DNA of 64,000 nucleotides from Amoebidium appalachense (GCA_963693365.1 CAVNZM010000013.1:5942640-6006639), one strand, 5' to 3'; shown: positions 13,925 to 31,734, counted from the stretch's first letter. Notes: generated by a model not told the origin, from the sequence alone. A program made the numbers and translations.

Positions 13925-14170
13925 ACACCTTGGCTGCTTGCCCCTTATGCAAACGCACACACCGGAAAGCAGCTAGGTGGCAACCTAATATTACACCACC
14001 TATCATATACATAGGAGCCACTAGCTACCACACTACACGACGTGGGTTACAGCATGCATACCACCACCCACACACGGGTCGGTACCCGACGTACAGCACC
14101 ACCGCATATCCGAGTCGTTAGATCCCCCTCAACCGATAGGGGATGTTTCATAACCGAACCCTGCCTAATA
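13925..14170 (+). repeat. Dispersed repeat family A, copy 1 (probable transposon 3' end)
   Basis: CACCTTG.C.GCTTGCCC...CACACACCGGA.AG...CCGA.AGGGG...TAACCG.ACCC matches the reverse complement of 22030-22270. Confidence 0.55.
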
Positions 14171-14545
14171 TAGATTGCAGCAGTTGGTAACTAATTACAA
14201 GCCCAGGCCAACCCTAGCTAGCTTTTTTATTTGGTTAACGGATAAATACAGCCCGATCATTCTTCCATCGATCATTGTACTGTTTGACGTGCTCAGTCTA
14301 CTAGAAAGTAGGTGCACAGGTCTTTTGGGGCCGGTACCCACCGTGACCTAGCTTGACCATGGCCCTGTACTACTTGTGATTGGTGCAAGCTAGTTGCACC
14401 TACATTGTCCGCGTCGGCGAACAAGATGCCCTATTCGAAAAGTTTGCCAAAACGTCATTTCATTGATCATTCCGTTAGTAATACGTATACCTAGACTTAG
14501 TCTATGTGCTTGAGAAATATCCATTAACTTTCTACAACCTCCCCT

Positions 14546-14596
<51 letters not shown>

Positions 14597-14905
14597 CCCC
14601 TCCTCCCTCTCCCCCCTCCCCCTCCCCTCCCCCACGGTGAAGTTGTTGGATTTGTGTCGGTGCCCTTCACTAAGGATCGGCATAGTAATTTCAGTGTCGC
14701 TAACCTACAGTACCCATGGCCATTCTGCCTGCCGTGTGCGGGTATATATTGTAGGCAGAGCCAAGTGGGAGACGGTATACGTATTTCCGTGAGGTGAAAC
14801 GGGATATAATAATAACAAATAAACTTTGGGGGGGAAATGGCGTAGCTAAATTTAGCCGTTTATAAAGCTTTTTTATTTTTATTTCAGTTTTTTTTTTTTT
14901 TTTTT

Positions 14906-14957
<52 letters not shown>

Positions 14958-15942
14958 CACTTACAGGTACAACTCGGATCGTTGGTCCAATTTCACGATT
15001 CCCCTCTCCTCCCTCCCTCCCCTGCCCCGCATCCCCCCCCCAACCCCCTCTCAAACACAAACCTACACGCCATCTTTGAACACTGCATGCACACACCCTT
15101 TTGTTCTAGCTTTTTTCTCCTCCACCCTCCTTTCTCAAGCCTCCTTGGTGTATGTATTAACTCCTCTTCCAGACCATGGGCGTCCCCCCCCCCCCTCGCC
15201 CCTCCCCCCCTTTGCCGGCTACCCGTGATGTTGTGAATAAGGTGGTTTCTTTTGGGTATTCAGGTCAGGTCAGACCCGAATTGGATATATGCAATATGGT
15301 AATCATGGACTTGGTGAGCATCAAACAGCATTTGGCCCGACCCAAGGACCAAAAAGCGGTGACCATATATCGGCCTAAAAGAATCCCCCTTTAATGCAAG
15401 TGCTAGCTTGCGCATACGGCCACTCATAAATAGCAGAATGTGTCCAGTGCTAATCTGCAGTGCACAGTAGCCTGGCTGCCAGTGGCATGGCGTTGGGTAG
15501 AAAGCTCGAACAAGACAGGTTCAAATTTGGTTCCAACATCTGTGCAAAAACACTTTTTATTTTTCTGTTGTTCTTGCGGTGTGCACCGGCTTGGAAGTGC
15601 CGCACGTGCCATTTATGGTATCGCGTGCACGCGGGTGCGTATGAGTTGGCCAGCATACAGTATTCGAAACAAAAGAAAAAGAAAAAAGGAAAACATGAAG
15701 CGATCGTTACATTCACATCGGCAATACACAGTACTCACGCCAGGACAAAACCAATCGCCACTCCTCCGCCCATTCTAACACATACAAGGACTAACTTTAC
15801 TAATTATGGATAATATTACACTAAGTCTTAAAGGAACCCATTCAAAAGGCGGCCTTATCGTGCCTGTAAAGACCACGGCCGCCACTACCCCACCCTCACC
15901 ACATTCGTACATACCACCTCCTATCACCCCCACACCCATTGG

Positions 15943-19786
<3,844 letters not shown>

Positions 19787-20508
19787 AGCTTAATTAGAAG
19801 GTGTGTGTGGGTTAAAACGTGGCGTGGTTGCTGCAAATGGGGTGCCTCATTCGTAATGGTTGGGCCCAAAACACGCTGCAACCTGAGTCACTAAACACAC
19901 ACACAGCTGTTCTTGAGTGGCGTGATTTTGCGAGTCGCCTGTTTACGCCAGCTGCCACCCCTGTTCCTATTGGCCATTCGCACTTGCCAAGGACGGAATA
20001 TGATCACCAGCCAATGCAAGTTGACCTTAGTGTTTAGTACCCTTACGGTTAGATGAGCTGACAAGCTTGTAAGATCTCTGAAAAGACAGCAAAAGTGTTT
20101 TTTATAGCGTCGCATAAACAATAGCTTTCCTGATAAAAACTCTTGCTTTTCGTTTTCTATTTAGAATGCTTGCTGAGCGAATGTACGTTAAGAAGATAAG
20201 AAGCTCCTATTCTTTGCTCCCGCTGTATTCGGCGTTCATGACAGTTCACCAATCGCAGAAGACCAGTTTAAAGTACACTGAAGCCGCGGGGCCGGCCCGG
20301 GGGGGCGGGGCCCTCCGGAATCCGTAACCGGGGACGAACTTCGGGAGGGGTCACCGATGCCTGTTCATGAGAGGGCCGTGTGAGTTGCACGCATGTCACG
20401 TGCACGGTATACAGGCATACCGAGACACTGTAAGTGCATTAACGATGGCCCTCGTGGAAATATTTGTACGGGAACTTAAAGGATGGGTGGGTGGGTGGAT
20501 TGGGGGAA

Positions 20509-20542
<34 letters not shown>

Positions 20543-20556
20543 TATGGCCATATGGG

Positions 20557-20604
<48 letters not shown>

Positions 20605-20714
20605 GGGGGCCGGGAGACGACGATGCCGCGATGATTGGGTATGGATGGGAACTGTTAAAAGTGAATAGGTGGAGGTGGGGGAGGTAGGGGAGGGGGGAAG
20701 AGGGGGAGGGCGGG

Positions 20715-20758
<44 letters not shown>

Positions 20759-21506
20759 AGGGGAAGGGGCAAAGCACTTCTGACTGTGCCAGCCGCCACC
20801 TCATCGTTGAGCATGCAGTACCCTGCAGCCAGCAAAGTGATCGCGAGATGGCATGACTTCCGAATGATTCAGGGGGGGCCTAGAATGTGATGGACAACAC
20901 CACTTTATACCATTAGGTCAAACCATCTGATGCGTTTTACACGGCATCCTCTCCCCTATCCCATGTGTGAGGCATGGCATACATGACATATCGATGTCAT
21001 ATTGCACGGCCAATGTCCATCGCAGTAGCACCCGAGGTCTGATGTACATGTGGCTTGTGGCACTCTCTATCCCCACGACATTCCCCTATTATATTCATTA
21101 TGAGTGGTTATATTATGCACGGCATACGTACCCCATCCCAACAATCATCTCCCAAACAGCACAGGATACATTAATATTCACCATTCCAACTTGCAGTACT
21201 ACTAAGCTCTCGTGTGAAGCTGCAGGCATGTAGGGGCACCTGTACATCCCGTGTCCAATAATCATCTCAGTGTCGATGGGCGACAGCCATACTGTGGTGC
21301 ATGAGATGCATTCCCTATCCCAATAAAGTGCCACCTTCCAGTACTAGTAGAACACCCCTATGTTGTATTTACCCCAGGGTAGAACCCCCCCCCCCCCTCC
21401 CCCCCTTCACCCCCCCTCTCCCCCTCCGCACCAACCCCCCCGCAGTTCCCATAAATTTGTCTTTTTCTTTTTCCAATTTTTTTCTTTCCTTTTTTTTTTT
21501 TTTTTT

Positions 21507-21537
<31 letters not shown>

Positions 21538-22029
21538 GGGGGGAGGGGGGGGGGGGGGGGGGGGGAGGGGGGGATGATGGGGGAGAAGAGACCAAAAAAA
21601 AAAAAAAGGCGAGAAAGAAGAATGGGGGGAGGGAAAGAGAGAACTGCGGGGGGAGGGGGGGGGGGGGGGGGGTTGCCACACACGGTGCCTTTAAGTTAAG
21701 CATCAAACCAATTGCTCCAAAGCTTGCACTTAGCTAAAACAGCCCTGAATCATGATCAATGACAATACGAGCTCTACACCACCCTCCAACCACTCCAATG
21801 GTGGATTGGCTGCACGTGTAAATTTGCCAGTGACTGTGCCCCTCTCCTACTATTTTGCTGGTCATATTCATCACTGCTGCCTTTTGATGGGTACCGGCCC
21901 CAACAGAACCATATACCTACTTTCGAGACTGAGCCCGTCAAACAGACATGGCAGAACGATCGGCCTAAATAATTTGCAGAAGTCTTGCTAACTGTCGGGC
22001 TTGTGCATTGAGTTGGCAAAGATTACAAA

Positions 22030-22480
22030 AACTAGTGGGGTCCGGTTACGACATTACCCCTGTCGGGTGGGTGGGGGGGGGGGGGGGGGGGGGGGGGAAG
22101 GGGGTTCCACGTAGTGTGGTGGTGCTGTGGGGTTCGGGGTGATGGGTTATAATATGTGGTGTTCCGTGCCGTTAGTAGTCTGGTAGTAGCTGCCGTTTTT
22201 CTTTACTATATTAGGTGTGGTGGGTTGCACTCTACTCTCCGGTGTGTGTGGGCAAGCTGGCAAGGTGTTGGTGGGGGGGTTTTTTTTTTGTGCTAGGTGT
22301 CGTGACTTGGGTGGTGGTTGTAGGTTTGTGGTTTTCGTGTTTGTGTTGAAATAGGGGTCTGATGCCAGTAATAATGTCTTACATCTAGGTTTCCATATGA
22401 TACTCAAAGGCCCTGAACTCAAATATACATACAGACAGATTGGCCAATAGGGTATGTTCCCCTCTCCATCTTGCAATAAC
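22030..22480 (-). repeat. Dispersed repeat family A, copy 2
   Basis: The distal part matches 13925-14170. The proximal part, ACCCTATTGGCCAA.CT.TCTGTATGTATATT, matches 31224-31255. Confidence 0.6.
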
Positions 22481-22776
22481 AAGCACAAGTCGGTTTTCTT
22501 ACACGCCCGACACGTGTGACATGAGATCTGCTCTTCTAAGAAATTCTTGATTTTGAAACGAAGAGTGGGGTAGTAGTAACTTTGGAAGGTGGGGGGACCT
22601 TTTTGGACAGGTGGGTCTCCCCCTCCCTTCCGCACCCCCCTCTCCCGGGAGGGCAACCCACCTACCCCTCTGGCTAGCATTGGAGGGGGGGGGGGGGAGG
22701 GGAGGGGGGAGGGAGGGGGGGGGGGGCGCCTCCCACCTAACTAGATGGGTCCCCCCCCCCCCCCCCCCCCCCCCCC

Positions 22777-23183
22777 CACCTCCCCAACCCACAGGCTGTG
22801 AATATATATCACAGTAACCTGATCACATATACTGATACTATGATTAAGCGATGATTCCCATACGGCCTCAACAGTAAACATTAATATTGAGGCTTACTAT
22901 TAAGCAGAAGACATTAATCACCTGAAACCGTTCAGGCTACACCGTACAGTCATGCTCAAGCTTCGTCCTCCCCCCCCCCCCCCCCCCCCCCACCTCCCCA
23001 ACCCACAGGCTGTGAATATATATCACAGTAACCTGATCACATATACTGATACTATGATTAAGCGATGATTCCCATACGGCCTCAACAGTAAACATTAATA
23101 TTGAGGCTTACTATTAAGCAGAAGACATTAATCACCTGAAACCGTTCAGGCTACACCGTACAGTCATGCTCAAGCTTCGTCCT
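22777..23183. repeat. Identical tandem duplication, period 214 bp, bounded by poly-C tracts
   Basis: CACCTCCCCAACCCACAGGCTGTGAATATATATCAC...CAAGCTTCGTCCT starts at 22777 and at 22991. Confidence 0.92.
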
Positions 23184-24489
23184 CCCCCCCCCCCCCCCCC
23201 CCCCCCTTCCCCCCTCCCTCCCTCTCCCCCCGGACCCCTCTCTCCGTAGCTTCGCGGGCCTGGGCTCGTTTTCAGTCCCACCACCGCGCGCGCATACAAA
23301 CGCAAAAAAGTTTAAATTTCCCACGTATTTGATTCACACGTACCTGCACACAGAGTACCACACACTCACACGGCTCCAGGTGCACAAACCATCCATGCGC
23401 ACCCGACATGAACTTGCAGATAAACTCACCCACACCACACACACATACATTCCCCGTCACACAGGCACGCACACGAGCACTGCACGATAGCCCCAGTGGC
23501 CCCCAGTAATCCATTATATTAATAGTTGACCGTAATGAATACAGCCTTTGGTTGTGGAAACGAGATGCTTGGTCATCACTGCGCACGCCGGGGGAGGGGG
23601 GAGGGGGAAGGGGAGGGAAGGGAACCACCCACCCTGCGGAGGAGGTGGGTTCCCCTCCCCCCCCCCCCTCATTTTTCAAATTCAAAAATCCCTAACGAAC
23701 GAAGTGCCGTACAAGACGCATGACGATGCCATGCTATGCGCAAACTTTTTGTAACTACCACTTTCCATGCTTCCGTCGCGGTACCTTAATATTGGGTTGA
23801 CGGGCCTATTGGAAGATAGGATTAATATTAGGGTGGGTTGGCAGGCCGTCCTGGTTGGGAAAGGGGAGGCGGCGGGTGTCGGGAGGGAGGGGAGGGGGAG
23901 GGAGAGGGGTGGGGGGGGTGAGGGGGGTTTTCAAGCACAGAGTTACATGGATTGCAAGTGACCACATGGTTCATCCACCCGTCATTCCCCCCTTTCTCTC
24001 CCTTCTCCCCTCCGCCCCCCCAACACACATGCACCCACCAAAAAAAGGGGGGGGGGGGGGGAGGGGGGGGGGGAGGGGGAGGGGGGGGGGGGGGGGGGGG
24101 AGCCTCCTCCCACTGGGCTCTATAGTACTCATCATATAATATACAATTACTGTGCAATTTGCTCAAAATCGGCAATGTATTTATCACAGCCTGAATTTAG
24201 TCGTGACTGTGTAAGTCGTACCTTCCCTCCCTCCCCCCCCTCCCTCCCCCTCCCCCCGCCCCACCACCATCAAAACAGGTTAATACGGAGGTAAAACCCA
24301 TTCAAGTTGTGGAGGCATTGGAACAGCTCTGATATTGGGCCTTGTTCAAGTGTCCCTGGCCAGCACCTGTTTTTTTTTTTTTTTTTTTGGCCTTCTAGTT
24401 TTTGTGCTTTTATGGTGTTTTCTGTTATGAAGTTTGATGTTTCCCCTAAATCCCCCTCCCCTCTTCCCTCCCCCTACCACCCACCCACC

Positions 24490-24617
<128 letters not shown>

Positions 24618-25100
24618 CACACACACACACACATACATGTCACAACACACTGGCACCGCCAACTGTTAGACCAAGTTGAACTAGCTTGCACCGTCGAAAC
24701 ACAACCTTTCTCCCCCCACCCCCACCCCCACCATCATCACCATCCCCCCCCCCCTTCCCCCCCCCCCCCCCCCCCCCCCCTTCTCCCCGTCACACACACA
24801 CAGACAAGCATTTTTTTCACACAAACATGGCACACCACTGCCACCACCAACTCTAACACCAACTTGCACCGTCGGAACTTCAGCCTCCTGCCCCACCCCC
24901 CTCCCCTCACCCCCCATCCATATATGATTTAAGGTGGACCAAGGTCTCTTTCTTTCTGCAATGGAAAATAAGAGCTCGTCCCTACCGCCCAATCATGTTG
25001 AGTTGTCTGGGAAAACACTCCTTGTACATTCGCTATCCCGATATGTGTCACATCATGTGATGCATGGCCCTATATAATTCCAATAATTCGTGTGCTGGGT

Positions 25101-25316
25101 TGCCTTCCAGCGCACGAATCAGCTGCTGGCCTGCCTGCCAGCGCATCAATCAGCTGCTGGCCTGCCTGCCAGCGCACCAATCAGCTGCTGGCCTGCCTGC
25201 CAGCGCACCAATCAGCTGTTGGCCTGCCTACCAGCGCACCAATCAGCTGTTGGCCTGCCTGCCAGCGCACCAATCAGCTGTTGGCCTGCCTGCCAGTGCA
25301 CCAATCAGATGCTGGC
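25101..25316. repeat. 31-bp minisatellite, about 7 copies
   Basis: Unit TGCCTGCCAGCGCACCAATCAGCTG(C/T)TGGCC, with no spacers. Confidence 0.92.
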
Positions 25317-25407
25317 GCACGCAGACACGCAAGCATAGACACAGTGTCAGACACACATGCAGGTGGCACACACAGAGGCACACACATACACGCATACACG
25401 CACAAAG

Positions 25408-25495
<88 letters not shown>

Positions 25496-25634
25496 CACGC
25501 GCGAGCGCGCGCACGCTCGCGTAAGCACACAGACACGCACACGTGGCACATACACACACACACTCACTCATACACACACACGCACACATGCACACATCCA
25601 CATGCACACGGACACACACACACGCACACACACT

Positions 25635-25677
<43 letters not shown>

Positions 25678-25884
25678 CCAATCTGCATTCAGGTCCATGT
25701 GGCATGGCCCTGCATGGATGTGGCGGGGGACTTCCGCCCATGTGTTATCAGTTGTCATATGCTGGCAGAGTGTGGCTGTGTGTGCTTGTATGCCTTGTTA
25801 CGTAGCAATTCGTGGGAGTGTGTGTGCGTGTGTGCAGCATGCGAGAGCGGATGTGTGTGCATATATGCAAGTGGGTGTGAATAT

Positions 25885-25955
<71 letters not shown>

Positions 25956-26664
25956 GTGTGTGCCTGTGTGCATATTTATGCCTGTTTGTGTGTGCATCTG
26001 TGAGTGACACTATGCATGACTGTTTTACGATGTGTGCTTGTCTGTACCTGCACTTATGGGCACGTCTGTGTGTGATTTTCTGTCTCTGCTCGTGCCTGTG
26101 TTTTGTGCATGTCTCGGTATGCATACGTGCCTGTGTCTATGCATGTGCTTGTGTCTGTGCCTGTGTTTGCCCATGTCCGTATGTCTGTGCACGTGTCTGT
26201 GTCTAAGTCTCTGTCCGTGCCTGTGCCCGTTCCCGTGTCTCTGCCTCCGTCTCTGCCCGTGCCCGTGCCCGTGTTTGTGTCTGTGTCGGTGTTTGTGCCT
26301 GTGTCTGTGCCTGTGCATGTGTCGGTGTCTGGACCATTCTGTGCCGTGTCTGCACAGTCCGTGTCTGTGTCTGTGCCTGTCTGTGTCTGTGTCTGTGCAC
26401 GTGCCTCTATCTGTGTCTGTGCATGTGTGCATCTTGGCTGTGTTGGTGTGCATGCAGCTGCAAGAGGGCTTGTGAAGTGCGACATGTTTTTATTAAATCC
26501 GTGTGTTGAAACACGGTGCGGGCAATGGTATGTGCACGGACAACAAATCAATCAAAGTTCAAGTGATGGTACAGCAGCATGTGACACGCAGGATGCATGG
26601 TCTTTTTATTCACCGTATCACTCTAACATCGCCATTCTAATAACAACATATCTCACATCTACAG

Positions 26665-28768
26665 TCATGCTCTAGCATCGACCATATCTGGGCATGTGGC
26701 CTGGCATGCCTCTGCCCTCAGCTCGTGGCTCAGTGCAGCCATGACCTTGACTCCTCTGCGCCTGCCCCATGTGCGGCCTGCAGTGGGTGATGTTGGTATC
26801 AGCAGCACGGGGTGTGCCGTGCTGTTGGTGGGTGTCGTCACCCTACCCGGGTGCACTGGGCCCAGGTCGGGTGACCTGCGCAGCGAACTTGTCCGTATGG
26901 GCCGGCTGCCAGGGGCCACAACGTCTTGGCTGGTGTCTGCGCCTGATGCGCTGCCCGGACAGGTGCAGTGCGGGCACGGGTCTGTGTGGGTGGGCATGCG
27001 GCGGCGCTGCAGGGCGGCATCTCTTGCTCTCATCTCCTGCAGCTCTTTCTCGCGGCGCTTCCATGCCTTCATGGGGGTGTCGTCTGACCCGGCCAGAATG
27101 CAGTGCCCTCCTGCACTGCTTGCCCAGTGCCCTCCTGCACTGCTTGCCCGCTGGGGCTTGGGTGACACGTCTGCCGGCCTGGCATGTGTCTGCTGATGCA
27201 ATTTGCTGACGGCCGCCGTCAGCTCTAGGCCCGCCGGGGCCACAGTGCTGCGCATGGTGGCCCGGCGCACGATCGTGGCCACCTTGCGCTGGCTGCACGT
27301 GCATGCTGGGCACTTGTTGCCACCCTGCCTGTTGCCTGCTGGCTTCTCCTCCCCTGCCACTGGCCCTTGCCTGCTGCCTCCAGAGGCTGCCTCGGGGGAT
27401 GGTGCAGGCCCCTTGGCCTCGGACGGAGGCTGTGTAGATGACGGTGGTTGGGGCTGGGTATCGGTGGCAGGAGGGGCAGGCCCACTGGGTGTGTCGGGGG
27501 GTGTGGCTGCAGGCACCACGGGTTGCAGGGGCTTGGGTTTGGTTGAAACATCGTCGGGCTTGATGGGGTCGGGGTCACGGGGCTGTTCACTGCACACCTG
27601 CATGGTGTCAGCCTGTTTGGCAGTGATGGCCGGGGCAGCAACAGCCTGCTGCTCGGAGGGAGGGGGTGGGGGTGGGGGCGGGGGAGACGGGGGCATGGCG
27701 GGGGGTGCGCTTGAGGCTGGCACGCAGGGCAGAAATGTCGTCATCGCTGCTGCTGGCTGTGCTGTCGGCTGCAGGGCTGCTGGCGGCACAGTCCCCACCC
27801 TCGCAGCTGTCGTGCAGGCCGCACGACTCCAGCGTCGGGTCCAGGCCACACAGGCGGCGGGCCAGGCGCAGGTGGGCCCTCTTGCGCCGCATGCTGGCCC
27901 GGCGCTGGTCGTCGCAGTCGTCCAAGTCCAGCAGGTCGCTGAGGGGCGGTGGGGCCACACCAACAAACACGCGCGAGGGCAGGTACTCGATGTCGGCATT
28001 GTGCTGCAGCCAGCCCGCATCGAACTCGCTGGCGCTGATCACCAGCCCACGGTAGTGCGCCAGCTGCACCCCGTCCAGCTGCGCCATGTGCTCGGCATCC
28101 CCCGGCCGCCACCACAGGAAACAGCGCGGGGGCTGGCCCTCGCGTGTGTTGATCTGCCGCACCGTCAGCTGGCCCTGCACGTGCAGATACGTGTCCCCGC
28201 GACGCACATAGCGACAGTCCGGCAGTTGGCGCAGCACGGGCACGCGGAAGTACAGGTCCGTGGTCAGCAGGTTGGTGTCCATGCTGCTCAACGCCGGCAC
28301 GCTGCTGCTGCGCTGTGTCCACGGCTTGCTCTTGGGCTTGGGCAATGGCGGTGCTGTCCACTGTGCATCGTCGGTGCTGCTGGCCAGGGGGCTGTCTGAG
28401 GCCGGGGCGCTGTCGCTGCGCAGAAACCCGCGGCGCTTCTTGCGGCCCCCCGCTAGGTTGCTGTCGCTGACTGTGCATGGCTCTTTGCTGCGTCGGAAGC
28501 TCCGCCGCAGGCTGGACAGCATGCTGCGGCGCTTGCTCAGGGACACGGCCGGCGACTCACTGTGGTGGGTCGACGTGCTGCTGCGGCCACTGTCGACACT
28601 GCTGCCTGAGCTGCTGCTGCCCTGCCGCTCCAGCACACACTCAGGTGGGCTGGGGTCGGCCTGCGCAACCGTATCAGAGGTGGGCGGATCAGTGCACGGG
28701 GATACGGCTAGGCCCGGATCAGCTAAAACGGCCTCAGAGGCAACGAAAGGCCTTTCCGCCTGGCACAT
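26665..28768 (-). CDS. Intronless protein of unknown function, about 700 aa (paralog 1), with one +1 frameshift near 27655-27710
   Basis: ORF 28768-27608 carries a Ser/Arg-rich N-terminus and the domain YFRVPVLRQLPDCRYVRRGDTYLHVQGQLTVRQINTREGQPPRCFLWWR...EFDAGWLQHNADIEYLPSRVF. It overlaps ORF 28020-26665 (Pro-rich linker, MKAWKRREKELQEMRARDAAL). Both blocks are shared with the 51.7-55.1 kb gene. The region is GC-rich and free of microsatellites. Confidence 0.8.
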
Positions 28769-28990
28769 GGTGACTGCCCTTCGGCGGTGAAACTAAGGTG
28801 CCCCAGCCGGCCCGCTTCTATCAACTTGTGGCCGTGTGCCTGCTGCATGCGCTGTGCTTTGCGTGTGCGAACAGACACCATTGGTCTAGGTTGTGGCTAG
28901 TGAGTGTGGTGATGCACGGTGTGGAGTGGGACAAGAGCTGAGTGTGCCGTGGCTCTCAATCATACAAAACTGTGTCAGGCGGCAATAAGG

Positions 28991-29058
28991 GGTCTTTATA
29001 AATATGAGCGCAGAAGCTCTGCTGTGCTTCCTGTGAATGGACATTAGATCGACCAATC
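28991..29058 (-). promoter_or_regulatory. Putative TATA box (TATAAAGACC) and CCAAT element of paralog 1
   Basis: GGTCTTTATA at 28991-29000 reads TATAAAGACC on the minus strand. GACCAATC lies at 29051. About 220 nt upstream of the ATG. Confidence 0.45.
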
Positions 29059-30114
29059 ACTGTCCAGCCCATAAACCCCTGCATTCCACCAATTTTACTG
29101 TAGTCTGTAGGCACACTCGCAGCTGGCAATGTTATAGCGAAAGATCCAGGGTTGGCATACAAGCTGCATCGTTTATATAGAAGATATATGTAATCTGTGG
29201 CTGCATAATGTAAATTTGGTTGGTTTTTGGCTTGTGTTGGCAAGCTATCGCCTTTTCTCGCGCAGGCTGCGTTTGGCGCGCACATATTTGCAAAGGGCTT
29301 TCAATTTGCTGCGCTCCTGGAATGTGGCCAATAGAAATGGTTTGCTTTATGTATGTTCAGGAAAGCCAATCAATCCATGTCAACAAAATCTGATCAATTG
29401 TTATCGATATCCTACATTCATTTCACCACCGAAGCGCGTTCTCATTCTCAAAAAGACACAGGGTTGATTCTGTAGGTATATTTTCAAATGCGAAAACATG
29501 TTAATAAGATTTACATTATGCATTTTATGTCGTAGTAGCTGTTCCATGCAGTGCCTGATTGATACATACCACCCTGCCATGAAGCAACTAACTTCTGCGT
29601 AACTGTACCGACGTCGAGTCGTCGACACGCCCACGGCCCCACGCTCCTTGGTGCTCGCTATGACGTCAAACGTTAAAACAGACCTACTTGGTGTGACGCA
29701 CATGGCATGTGCATGGCTATTCATGTGTTCTCGTGTGTAATAAATGGACGTCTTATTAAACAAAGAACAGCCCTGTCTGCTTTGTTCACATGGAAGAAAA
29801 ACGATTGCCTGAGAACTTGGGACTTGTGGGCGGGAAGAGCGCCAGTTCGCAGATGTGATCACAGACATGCTGCCCGTATATAATAATCGCTGATTGGCTT
29901 AACCAACAGCCAATCGCAATTGAAAGATCTTCGAATGCGTCGGTTTTATATTTGCCTGCACAAGCCTTTCCCGAAATCCTGACTGCCCTCCTGAGTTCCC
30001 GCCCCCGCCCCTACGTAGACGCTACTGTACCAAGTTGGCTCGGGGACTAACACGTACTGACGTGTTGCCGCACGTGCGACGTTATACATCTACTTGTGGC
30101 GGCGGTCCCTTTTT

Positions 30115-30148
<34 letters not shown>

Positions 30149-30949
30149 AAAAAGAAAAAAAGAAAAGGAAAAAGGAGACACCGCCTCAGTAGGTGGTAGG
30201 CTCGGGGACAACGCAGCCCAAACGAGCGCCACTCTCCAAACCTCCGTTATTTGTTTTTGTAGAGCCTTGTGCGAGTGGCTGCCGAACGCAATCATTGCAT
30301 GATCATACCGGCAGAAAAGGCAACGATGTTGCCTTCGCGTGTTCTTCACATTTGTCGTGCCTTTCAAATTTAAAGCTCCTTTCCATTTCATATCCGTCAC
30401 ATGTGTCCTACTTGCCTGCACAGGTGCCTGCACACGCTGAGACAAGGGTTGTGTGGTAACCGAAAACACACACGTGTACACACAGAAGCACACACGAACA
30501 CCGTACACACACGCGCGCACGCACGTGCACGCGCGCACGCACGTGCACGCGCGCACCCACGTGCACGCGCACACACATGCACACACGCACGCATATACAC
30601 CCACACACGCACGCGCACGCATGCGCAATTAAGCACGCGTACACATGCGTACTTACCCACCGGCGTGGCTGGGGTTGATACCCTGGGCAAAGTGTGTACA
30701 TATAGTTAGGACTGTTATAGGTGTGCTAGTTTTAGCTAATAGCATCGTAGCACCCTAGCTAGAGTACTGTCGGTGCTGGGTGGAAGACGGTAGTTCCTCC
30801 TGAGGGCCCCTAGGGGTACCTCCGGGAACAAAACGGGATAAAATAAAATTAAAAAACATGCGTACACACTGAGCACACACATGAACACACTGAACACACA
30901 CACACACGTGCGCGCGCATCATCACGCACACACGCACACGCACACACTC

Positions 30950-30980
<31 letters not shown>

Positions 30981-31219
30981 TGCATACACACACACACACG
31001 CACACACACACACACACGTGCACACACACAGATAGAGAGAGAGAGAGAGAGAAAGACATACACACACACACACACACACACACACCGATCGCGATGGCAG
31101 TCTACACGTACAGCATCACCATATGCATCAAAGGCCGCACACCAGCGCCTTCTACCATGGCCAGGAGGTCAAGGCTACCTTACCATCCACCCTCAGACCA
31201 GCGCTCACCCTCGGGCCCG

Positions 31220-31320
31220 AGACACCCTATTGGCCAACCTATCTGTATGTATATTGGAACTTTTGTATTCATATGTGAAAACCTTCCATTATTATGTAGA
31301 CACCTATCTCAGACACGCAA
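31220..31320 (+). repeat. Dispersed repeat family A, copy 3
   Basis: ACCCTATTGGCCAACCTATCTGTATGTATATT...CATTATTA...GACACCTATCTCA resembles the reverse complement of about 22345-22455. Confidence 0.55.
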
Positions 31321-31426
31321 AACACACCAAATTTTGCAAGGCCCAGCACAAACCTGTCACAGTTATCCATAGAAAGAAACCAAACAAAGCCACACTAAAA
31401 CACATAGTGCAACCCTCCCCCCCCAG

Positions 31427-31470
<44 letters not shown>

Positions 31471-31734
31471 ACACACACACGCGCCCACACACCCACACAC
31501 GCACATACCACCACCACCACCGCCGCATACCACCAAACCAGACTATTTGAACCGGCCTGACCAAAGTAAAAACACTGACAAAGTTTCTCTAAAATACACA
31601 CGACACACGCACACACACCGTGACATCGTCCTACACATACCCACCTCCAGCCTCCCCCCCCCCCCCCCCCCCCCCACCCTTCAACATTGAAACAACAAAC
31701 CCCTAACCCTCCCCCCTTCTCCCCCTCCTCCTTA

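Noticed and set aside
20313-20346. Resemblance to the LSU rRNA segment CCGGATCCGTAACTTCGGGA
   Set aside because: The match is split by an insertion and the flanks do not resemble rRNA; likely chance.
25101-25316. 31-bp palindromic repeat as a CRISPR repeat
   Set aside because: Units are head-to-tail with no unique spacers.
27203-28399. 398-aa plus-strand ORF
   Set aside because: Antisense shadow of the GC-rich minus-strand gene, which has paralog support.
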